This document shows positions 13,118 through 25,100 of a DNA stretch of 64,000 bases, piece after piece (the stretch's first letter is position 1; each line of letters starts with the position of its first letter). The position numbers and the translations under genes are program-made. The notes under the pieces were generated by a model. It was not told the DNA's origin, did no database searches, and worked only from the letters and a program-made list of their open reading frames with translations. This DNA comes from Gekko japonicus (lineage: Eukaryota): assembly GCF_001447785.1 (NCBI RefSeq), contig NW_015167532.1, positions 1,319,246 through 1,383,245 on the forward strand. Direction: 5' to 3'.

Positions 13118-16100
13118 GTATGATTGGCTAAGGAAAAGAACCTTGAAAATGGAGGACAAATTGTTAAAGTCATTCCTTTATATTAAGAAAATAGTACAAT
13201 ATAGTGCAAAAGAGATTAGACTTCCATTTCTAGCAGTAAGGTTTGCACACTTCCAAAGTGATGGCTGACACCTCACATGCACTAAACGCTATGGCACATT
13301 TTATGAATCAGTTTTGCCAATCATGGTGGACTGAAGCTCTTTCTATGATGATGAAGCATCATTAATGCTCACTTTTAATGGAAAAGTCCAACACAAATTT
13401 AGATTCAGCATTATTATCCACCTCTTGCAGCAGCTCATTACAAAGTAGAAGATAGCTAAAAGGCAGGAATGTGCTTCACAACAAAAGATCTAAAGAGTTC
13501 ACCCCTAAATTTCAGGGAGTCTCAAATCACAACTGATACACTAAGAAACTTGCAAATATGTTTTCACAAATACAGCTAAGAAATGGCACCTGTATTGGAT
13601 AAGCTCAGGCTTGCTTTGGGTGCTATCATCATCCGAGGCTGTATGGGTGGCAAGCCAAGAAAGGGCCGTCTCAGTCATGGTTCTGAAACTTTGGAACTCC
13701 CTCCCCACAGGGAGATTTGTCTGTCTCCCCTCTGCCATTATCTTCTGACAGCAGGTGAAGACTTTTTTGTTTGGTTTGGCAGACCCCCAGGATCCCTTAT
13801 AGGCCCTCCTTCCTGGTTGTATTACTTGTGTTTTCTTGTCTATATATATTTATTGAATGGACTAAATATTTATATATACACACCTTATTTTAAATGCTGC
13901 TTTAATGTTTTAATATGTTTGCTGCCTTGGGGCCCCTATTTGGGTGGAACGGTGGCATAGGAATGTTTTAAATAATAAAATAAAAATGTTAAGTTCATCA
14001 GGCCAGCCCATTCTGTGAATCTGGACAACTGCTGAGAACGAAACCAGTTTGAAGGAATTTGGAAGGTTTACAGAGCTCACGTTAATATTTTAACTAGCAC
14101 ATGAAAGGATATGATTCATAATCCAGCGTTTGAGTAAGAACACCAGTCAGAATAAACTCTGCATTGTGAACATCTGCAAAAATAAAAATAAAGCAATATA
14201 TAACAAAGCACATCACGATAAAAGCTTTGTTTGGACAACCCCATGTTGAATTTCCTGCATCTACTTACAAAAAGTCTGGAAACCTGGAGGTTTATCTTCC
14301 ATATTTTAACTTGTGCAACTAGGACGACCTGAACCCTGAGTTGTCAGATCAAAGTAAAGATCACACTGTTTCAAAGCTGGCAGAGAGTGCGCATGGATGC
14401 CTCTCTCACAGAGACAGGGAACTTTCCTTCAATGAGGGTGCAATGTTCTGATGTAGGCCTACACACAAAGGGATCCTTGGCAGCTGGGTCCCAATTATGG
14501 ACCAGAACAAGCTGTGTCAGATCGATGAAGAACTGCAGCTGGTGAGCTGGATGAAGTAGGAAAGAGGCTGCTTAGAAACTGGACTTATGCCAAGTATAAT
14601 TTGGGATGTGCTGCCATTTAATGGCATCAACATTAAGGGATTAATACACATTGCTGTACTGGGATTCTGACGTAATTCGAACAGTGAAAGTTTACATCCT
14701 GTGTCTCAAACTGTTGTTCCAATATTGAGCTCCACAATAAAGCAGGGGGGCAGGCATGCAATTTTTCACATCTTACACAGTGTCTACCAGAAAAAGCAAC
14801 TATTCTTCCCTTCTAAGATCTACCACACTGGGAACAAAAAGGAGGAGGTATGGCCATGGATGTTACTGTGTACATGATTCACTGCACTGTGTATACGTAT
14901 GCATTATGGGACATATTTCTAACTTACTCAGTTGTTCTAACTACTGCAGTTATTGGTAATTAAGTTTTTAGGAAAGTATAACAATTACTTGTGTCACAAA
15001 CTGTTTTTTTCTGTAAAATATTTTATCAAGCTTTTTCTAGATATGTACATATTAACACATTGTTAAAGTCAGTCAATAACAGATCTAGTTTTTGACTGAC
15101 TTTAACAATGGTATAAGTTTTGAACTATGTTTGAACTGTTTCTTATTATATCCTAATAAATTGTTTTTGGAAAAAAATAACAGATCTGGTTTAACCAGCC
15201 AAATATTTAGCCCTGCCTACAAACAGAACACTTCAAAACTGCCTTAATATTTTTTTTTAATATTTCCACTTGTGGCAAGATAAATGATGGAAAATTGAGG
15301 ATGACCTGGAGATATACTGAAAATTAGCGATACTCAAGATGTAGGCTCACGAGGAATCATGATGGTAGTGATAAATGACTGGGAAATCTACATGATTGCT
15401 AAGCTCCAGGGCTAGATAGATGGCTTCCTGCTCCCTTCACCAGAACGTAAGCACTCTGGTACTGTAACAGCTGTCCTGTGGCATTGGGAGCTGAGGTCTG
15501 GATTTTGGTTACTCTACTCCCAAATGGGAAATTTACCACAGGATGGCATGTATTTGCCTAACTATCCATGTGCTATATAGGGAAGCTCAGAGATGGCACA
15601 GAAGAAAAAATGAGCCAAAAACAGCTTGCATAACCCTTTTAGAAGCCCATAATCCTCCAGTTATACATTCTCACTAGAAGCCCATAATCCTCCAGTTATA
15701 CATTCCCACTATGTCCAAACCACTAGACTAAAAAACATTTACCTGTTTCCTCTAAATCTAGCCTTGCCTGGTAAGCATTCAGTTATACTGTTAGAGCAAT
15801 GTGTTACAAGCACTGTGCACACACATACCTATGCCTCTTGCAAAGTATTCTCGACACAAGTGAAGATCATTTTCACAAGAGATCAGGATAATCTCTGACA
15901 GGCTCTACATGAAAAATATAAAACTGAATTAGTTGGGAAAAAACATATTTTCTAACCTGAAGCTCTAGGAAAACCAATCAAGACCCACTTACTTTGTTTT
16001 GTTTGTGTTCCATGAGTTTCCGGAAAGAAGGCTGCTTGGACAACACCTTTCCCCCTGCACATTCCACAATAGCCTTCATGGTGGAAAGACTAGGGCAAAT

Positions 16101-19100
16101 TCCAGGTGTAATATAAAAGTACTTCCCCTAAAATTAAAGTGTATTTATAAAATATAAAATATTTTTAGTAGTTTTGGGGTTTGCAACACTGATCATATGC
16201 CTACGCCAGTCCATTTTTAAACCATTACTGAAACCACCACAAGTATCTAGCACTAGTCCGGTAGCACCTTGAAGACCAACAAAGGTTTATTCAGGGTATG
16301 AGCTTCGTGTGCATGAACACTTCTCCTTTCCCACCACCATTCTGTCTCTTTTCTGTTGGCAAGAAAGTTTTCCTTTGGAACAGCAGCAAGTCTGCACAAA
16401 ATATACCATGAATATTTTGCTAGTCTTTTGCAGAGAACCAAAAGGCAATTTTAGACCTTTCATAACCTGGCTCTTTCACAACTTCACAGGATCTCAAAGC
16501 ATTCAATCCTTTTTTTTTTCATACACAGTATAAGTCCTTGGTATGTTCCAACTCCCTTTGTTGGTTGCGTTCTCCTTCTCCCTCAAGCTGAGGCGATGTA
16601 CATGTATCCACGCAACAATTAAGCTCCAAGGTACCAAGAAACAAGATGAAGGGGTAAATGCAACAAAGAGTGCCAGCCCAGCCTATTTGCACACATCCCT
16701 GTTTGTAATTTATATCCATTTTAAAGTCTGCCTCTGCAAATGTAACTGGGCTAGCAGTTCAAGCTGATAATGTAATAATTTTATACCTAGTGAGCAAAGA
16801 AAATGTTCTACATGGCCTACAGCGCTTTTCCAGTAACATAACCTTATTCTATAACAAACACAAATTATTCTTCATAAACCTGAAACAATAGGCTAGCATT
16901 GCTGCCAAGACTCAATAAAAGTCAAACCACCAGACAGTAAACTATTACAACAACTGCTGTACTGACTCTTAAATGTGTGGATTTCCCAAAATTTACTGTG
17001 TAGACATCTAAAGAACTTTCCCTTTTTATACCAGGAGAATCAATTTAGCTTTAAAATAGTTAATTGTTCTTCAATACCAGCCTATTACTTATCAAAGACA
17101 CTGGAGCAATTCAGTAAACCAGAACCAGAAATTATGGTCTTAAACAGATCTGCAAACCATGACTTATACTAACTATGGTTTGGAGGAATTACAGCCATTG
17201 CTCTGCCTTCAGAGGCTGCGGTACAATGGCGATAGTAATGAGCTTAAAAATGGGGATGTTGATAGGGTAAGAAATTCCTCTAAACCATAGTTTGCCTATT
17301 ATATGTTCAAACCATGCTTTGAAGGTCAAACCATGCTTTGGATTCTAAACTCTGGCTAGTGTAAACCAACATTTGGCATATCTGAAATAAGTCAGTAATC
17401 TGGGAGTATTTGTTTATAGCTCACTTAAGTACTTATTTTGGGGGGAAATGCTAAAAAAATCATCATGACAGTATAGTATTTAATCATCTGGCCATAAGCA
17501 TCTTTAGGACCAAAAAATCATGTACCTTAAAGAGAGGTGCTACTTGAGCTCTCTTCAGGGACTCTTCTAAACTGAAACAAAAGAGAACTTCAGCTTCTGC
17601 ATCTCTGAGTATGTAGCTTTGTTCTTCTAAAATAGGAAACAAAGTAATATTTATATACCTACAGATGCAAGCAATATCAGTGAGAAAATAATCATATATC
17701 AGAAAAAAATTATATACATATATGCATACTAGAATACTGGAACAGCTGAGCTGATACTAGTTTACTCTAGGAGATCACATTTCAGAGCTTTGTGGGATTT
17801 TCTTAACTCCCACTATAAATAGGAAGCCAGTGATTGGGCAGCTGCGAGGGTTTTTAATTTGTCAAAAAGCACCACCACCAGACTCTGATACCTAACACCA
17901 CAGAGAGCTTCCCAGTGGAACGGAAGACATTAGTACTTTTAAAAATGACTTCGGTAGGGGGGAATGGTCTCTGGTAAAATATTACTTTAAAGTCCTGCAT
18001 GGCCCTGGCTAGTATTGGGATGGGAGACCTCCAAGGAATACCAGGGTCGTGATGCAGAGGCAGGCAATGGCAAACAGCTTCTGAATGTCTCTTGCCTTGA
18101 AAACCCCATGGGGAACCATCAGTCAGCTGTGACTTGATGGCAACAACAACAAAAAATGTCCAACCATAAAGGAAGAAAATCAAATGACGACTGCTTTATA
18201 AACATGATACCCATGAATAAAGAAAAACAGGACAACATAGAAAGCAAGTGGCCTTTTTACTCATGGATCTTACTAATTTCTTCCATATCTCACAAAAACA
18301 ATTCCTCATTAACCAATGGGACCCCCCCCCTCCTCCACAATNNNNNNNNNNNNNNNNNNNNNNNNNNNNNNNNNNNNNNNNNNNNNNNNNNNNNNNNNNN
18401 NNNNNNNNATCTCCTGTATTAACCAGTATCAGCATTTACTTACCTATGAACTTCTGGCCCTTGAAACATTCTTCTAACCATTCTGGAGTTACTATATGCT
18501 TTACAACAGAAATTGCTGTTAGGAATTTTACAGTTCGGGTCACTTTACTGGCTATTAAATGTGTGCACTTCTGGGCAGATTCTGCTACTTCACCCCCAAG
18601 AATGTAGAGTTTCTGAAAAATGCAAAGAGAACAAATTAGAACCTCTCATACATTGTTTTGATTACTAGAAACCTAACGTCTGGCAGCCGAGGGCATGAAC
18701 CAACTCTACAGAAACTCTCAACATCTGAGGCAATTTAAGATGACAGGAAAGTTCTTTCTAAAATGGCCCAAGCACATAAGAACATAAGAGAAGCCAATAA
18801 GAACATAAGAGAAGCCAATGTTGGATCAGGCCAATGGCCCATCCAGTCCAACACTCTGTCACACAGTGGCCAAAAATGCCAGGTGCCACCAGGAGGTCCA
18901 GCAGTGGGGCCAGGACACTAGGAGCCCTTCCACTGTTGCCCCTCCCCCCCAAGCACCAAGAATACAGAGCATCCCTTGCCCCAGACTGAGAGCTCCTATC
19001 TATACCTTGTGGCCAGTAGCCACTGATGGACCTCTGCTCCATATGTTTATCTAATTCCCTCTTGAAACTGTCCATGCTTGTAGCCTGTGGCAGTGAATTC

Positions 19101-22100
19101 CATGTGTTAGTCACTCTTTGGGTAAAGAAGGATTTCCTTTTATCTGTTCTAGCCTGACTGCTCAGCAATTTCATTGAGTGCCCATGAGTCCTTGTATTGT
19201 GAGAAAGGGAGAAAAGGACTTCTTTCTCGACCTGCTCTATCCCATGCATAATCTTATAAACCTCGATCATGTCACCCCTCAGCCGTCATTTCCCCAAGCT
19301 AAAGAGCCCCAACTGTTTTAACCTTTCTTCATAGAGAAAGTGTTCCAAACCTTTTATCATTCTAGTTGCCCTTTTCTGCACTTTTTCCAATGCTATAATA
19401 TCCTTTTTGAGGTGCGGTAACCAGAACTGTACACAGTACTCCAAATGAGGTTGCACCATTGATTTATACAGGGACACTATGATACTGGCTGATTTGTTTT
19501 CAATTCCCTTCCTAATAATCCCCAGCATAGTGTTGGCCTTTTTTATTGCAGTCACACACTGTCTTGACATTTTCTGAGAGTTATCTACTACGACTCCAAG
19601 ATCTCTCTCTTGGCCAGTCTCTGCCAGTTCGGACCCCATCAACGTATATTTATAGTTAGCATGCAATCTACATTAACATACTAGTATGCCTCAAATGGAG
19701 CTGTGGTGGCTCAAGTGGTTAAGACGCTGAACTGCAGGCTGTGGAAAGTCGGTAGTTCAGCAGTTCGAGACCTGAGTGTGCCACATGACGGGGTGAGCTC
19801 CCGTCTCTTGTTCCAGCTCCTGCCAACCTAGCAGTTCGAAAGCAAGAAATTGCAAGTAGATAAATAGGTACCACTTTGGTGGGAAGGTAACAGCGTTCCG
19901 TGCACCTTGGTGTTTAGTCATGCCGGCCACATTACCACGGAAATGTCTTCGGACAGCGCTGGCTCTTTGGCTTTGAAACGGAGATGAGCACCGCAACCCT
20001 AGAGTCGGATTCGACTGGCTTTCAAGCAAGGGAACCTTTACCTTTACTTTACCTTATGCCTCAATTATCACATACCTACAAGTCCTCATTTTTCTTAATT
20101 TAAGACCAATTCATTATTTCTACAAATGCATAGTTGGACTCTTTTACCAGTGTTTCATAAACCACAGTATCTGTTTCCTAAACGAAAAAGACTGAACAAT
20201 GTGCCATAAAAATCACAATTTTCATTCATATAAAAGGGGGATTAAGCACTAGTGTTCTTCTTTAAAATTATAAAATTATCAAAAATGCCTGGCAAGTGCA
20301 GTAGCCAGGATTCAACAAACTACAGGCATATCCAAGTTACTAGCCTCGCCCCACTTGTGTACCATTAAATAGAACTACTTGCCAAAGTCTTAGGATCCTA
20401 ACGTTTTGCTAATCGTGCAATCTCCTGAACTTATCACTAAGAGACAGCCTTATAAACAGAAGAAGCGACTACAAAGTCTTTTCTTGTATTTAAGTAAAAG
20501 AAGAAATGTACCTTGATGTACTGATGAACCTGTGTAGGTTCAAATCCTGTGAAGAGCACCACTGGAGTCAATTCTGGTGTCAGTTTTTTAGTAGGAGTTG
20601 GCAAGTCTTCAATTCTACAAATATAAAATATTTTTATATTGAGCACAGAATTTGATGCATGATTCAATCTCTCAAATTATAGGTGGGACTGAAAATCTGA
20701 ACAAGTCAAAAACCTGCCCATTTAGCACTACAAATATCCACCCTTTGGTTCAGATGGCATACTCTTTGGGCTGAACTAACCATGGGTAGCAGTACTTTAA
20801 AAATTATAAGTGATGCTTCAAGATCTTTTCTGTCCCCTCTCAAGTGTATGTGCTCTTCTCTCTCTTCCACGCCATGTTCCTTATCATTTATGTTGAATTT
20901 TAAAGCTTCTGAATTTGAACCTTCACTCCCACCTCCCCAGTACATATACACACATTTATCTCCAGATCATCAGCTATATGATAATGTAGCAATTACTCAA
21001 GGTCAATGTCTATTAAATTGAAAACTGCCTTTATAAATTTTGGTATCAATATACTATTTGCAAACCTGAAACTGGTGACGATTGCCTCCCCCACCCCTCA
21101 CCTTGGCCGCTTGGTTGAAGGCTGAATTACTGATTCATTCTGCTTTGGTTTAAGCGGTAATCTCATACCCTGGAAATAAAGGGGTGGGGAGAGAACAATT
21201 TACAAACAAAACTTGTGTGCTGTTTAATTAGTCACCAAGTCTACAAGACCTGACATTGCTCATATGAGAGAAGCTCAATGTTTCAGTCAAGTCTGTCATG
21301 GATTACAACTCAGTTGGCAGACCCTCTGCAAACATATTCCATAAGCAAGCAGAATGGCTGCATGGGATGCACAGAGGTTTACAATGACACGGATGAGAGA
21401 CTGCCCTGCCACATAGATTATTTTAGTAGGGATGTCCTGTTACAAAATTATTGTTTTAACTCCGTATTGGAACACTGGAAAGGGCAGTATTATCATTTTT
21501 TGTTAAATATGGCGAGCACTATTATCATGCAGGAAAACCAACCAAGACATACTGACACAATGCTCCCAATGTTTAATGAAGTACAAAATGGTAATTTTGC
21601 AAGTGCCTTCCCTTCTGCAGAGGCCGCAAAAATAGGAAGGGAGAGGGAGGAAGGGCCTCAGGCTTCCAGTCAGCTCTAAATTTTAAAGGGCCATGATTTT
21701 CAGTGGGAGTTCAGAAGCCAGTTCTATCCTCGCTGGAAATAATGGCCCTTTACAGTTTAACTGTACTGTAATGGGCAGTAGACCTGGCCTTTGGAGTTTG
21801 GCATCTAAGTCTACCATCTATTACTTAAAGCCCCCCCCCCCCCCCTGATTCCCTTTAAAGAGCTAATTACCAGTGGAGTTAGGCCTAGCCTCTGAAGATC
21901 AGAGGCCAGGCCTTCCCCCTGAAAATTATGATCCTTTAAAGTTGGTAGGGCCAATGCACTGCATACCAGCTTGGAACAGTGAAAGACTTCCTGACCTGAT
22001 TCTGGAAATTTCCAATATTTATAAGAAGGAAAATATTGGAATAAGGAAATACTGAGAAATGATGGGCAATATCTGACACCATGAAAGCCTATCTAGGAAA

Positions 22101-25100
22101 TATCAGACATTGTATCAGATTGGCAATATTTGATTTCCTAACTCTAGTCTTAGACAAATCTTTAACAATTCCATATAGCAAAAAAAAAAAAAAGAAAGAC
22201 CGATTCCCCAGAAGCCGTTGTTTTGCCCTCAGCCTCCCGTTTCCCCCAGTTGTACTGCTCAGTTTCCCACTATTTGCTGTGCAGCTGCATTTTGACCTGC
22301 ATCTCCCCTCAATTTTCCCCGCGTCTTCTTGGTCCTAAAAAATAAGGATCAAGAAGACACGGGAGAAATCGGGGGGAGATTCAGGTCCAAAATGCGGCCG
22401 CGCAGTAAATAGTGGGAAATTGAGCAGTACAACTGGGGGAAATGGGAGAGCGAGGGCAGAACAACTGCTTCTGGGGAATCAGATCATTGCAACAGTAAAA
22501 GGCTTTTGAACAGATTTAAAACTACTGATTTCTGATAATTGTGCAGGGGGTGCCTGCTTCAGTTGCTGGGCCTGATTATTTGGGAATAAGTCTGCCAACT
22601 ATAATATTCAAGATCAGTTTGCCAACTATAATATTCAAGAATTATAATATTCAAGAACTAAAATCAAATGGTCTCATTGATGCACCTGCTCCACAACTTT
22701 TACAGTTTATGTTCTTTCTCCTTGAAGCAATTTCTCTGTTTGTCACTGAAACAGTAAGGATAAATAACCCAATCCAACATACCATGAGAAGGTCTGTCGA
22801 TACCTTCAGTGGCACTCTCCAAGCATCTGACAGCCATAAAACAAAACAACAAATAAGAATACATTTAATACTGAAGTGGGGTTTTTTAAATCCAATACAC
22901 TTTATTCCAGCCAGTCTCTTTAGACTCTTCAGCAGCCAGTCTCCTTAGATTCTTCAGCATCACATACATTCTCAAAAGACTGCATAGCAACTACAAGAAA
23001 TCGTGGAACCACTGCGGCCCACACAGGGAAGGGTGATGCATACCACCTTTTGTTTTAGGTTCTACTTCCCATAAACCTCCAGCCACTGATTCAGGAGTAC
23101 AAGCTGCATCCAGTCAGGCATGCCCAAACATACGCCAAGTCCAACAAGACTAAGCAGCAATATGTTTTCTAAGGAATTATTGGTAGGTTTGCATGTTTGG
23201 CAGGACTACTTACCAAGAAGGTTGAGAACAAGGTGCTGATTAGGAGCAAGTGGTTCTTGGAGGCTGAACACCGTGTATCGATTGTGCTGTATCTGCCGTA
23301 GTGCTTCAAAATTTCCAAGTAATATATCACAAAGCCATTGGGCATTCACACATGGTATTCTCCACTCTTTGGCTTTCTCATACTTCAAGCCTGTAGGCCT
23401 TTATAGAAAAAAGAGAAACATGTAAAAAGTATGTTCACACATAAACTAAGACGTCACTGACTTCTCCCTGGATTGTATACTACTTTTCTAAGCTGTTATA
23501 ATTTTTATACACTGAGGTTGCACTCAAGCATAACAGATGATTTGCAAACTTGAATGTGTAACTGGCTTCAAGAAAAGCTCAAAGGGTAGTAAAAGCATAC
23601 AAATGGAAATGATGCAGAGGCTGGCCTCCTTTTCCATCAAATATAAAACAAATTCACAGTGCAATCCTATGCAGTTACTCCAGTCTAAACCCATTCAAAT
23701 GATCAGATTGGAGTAACTCTCTTTAGGATTGCATTGTTAAGACTATGATATGGTTTAACAATAAATAGAAGTAAGCTATCTACTATGATTCGAAATACCA
23801 GAGAAAAATAATCTGTCTTTATTCCAATAGCGATGTGTCTGAATAATCTGCGGGACTAGAGGGGCATTGATGCTACCAGAATTATCATTCCAGAAGATTC
23901 AAGAGAGTTACTACCGAATGCGACTGTGATACATTACTTACTCCTTGCAGATAAGAACAGTGTTGCTGCGACAAAGATAGCCTGTGTATTTTGCACCTGC
24001 TAAATAGGCCATCAGTTTGAGATCATCTCTGTCACTATCTACAAAACCCGTCACTGAGATTATCTGGTAAAGGAGAAGAACAAAATAATTATAAATAACT
24101 AATGCAAGAGTTGAAATAATAATTAAATGACTCAGCTATTCCTCCACATTTATCAATTAATGTACTACTAGAAGTATGACCCTGTTCCTAAACAGATTGC
24201 CTTTGCTGGGAACCAACCTTCCCTCACCTCTTTCAATCAATCAATAAACCTTTAATGGCATATACAACATTAGAATCAAAGACAGAAAATGACACAATCA
24301 ACTAAAAGTCTAGGTTAATTATAAAATCATGAAACGGACTTTCCCAAATTTTTCACTCTCATCACATCCACTAAAAAATTGGCCACTGCCACAGTAATCT
24401 CTGCTGTTACATCGTTCAAAAGAAATTGGCATTTTATTTCATTGGAAAGGTGATGTTTACCATGCAACCAAGTGTTTAACCATTTTTCCCTAGCAGATGC
24501 ATGCCACGAACAGTCTAACAATATGTGATCAATTGAATCAAGAGAGTTAGAACCGCAGTCACATCTCCGTTCATGCTTAGGAATATTTTGAAACCTACCA
24601 TACAGTAGTTTTGATGGAAAGGCATTTACTCGAGCAAGAGAAAACGCTCTTCGGTGGCTAGGGCTATCAAGATTATACAAATACAGGGGGATACATCCCA
24701 CAACATTCTTAAGACTTAATGTAGCTGAAGAACAGACAGGGGGATGAAGGGGCTGCAGTTTTTGAAGTTCAATATCTACCAGCCTCTGTTTGATTGTTTG
24801 GAAGATATACACTTCAGAGGAAAAAGCTAGCTCCTCCAAGGAGAGGCCCAAAGATCTTATTTTGGTTCGAATATTATAGTCCCAAGAGGTACTATGAATT
24901 TCCTTTAACAGAAAAGACAAAAGCGAACCATCTTCAATGTTAAAATATAATTTAAGCCAGTAACGGACCGTTAACACCCATGTCTTGGTTTCAATCAAAC
25001 TAAGTCCTAATTCAGAGCACAATGCATGGTAAGAGACACAGTTTGGGAAACCCATAATTTGTCTAAAAAAGGATGATTGTATTGATTCAACTTCACAGTT

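Noticed and set aside
22588-22660. Small tandem duplications (also about 36612-36645)
   Set aside because: Ordinary slippage events with no evident function.
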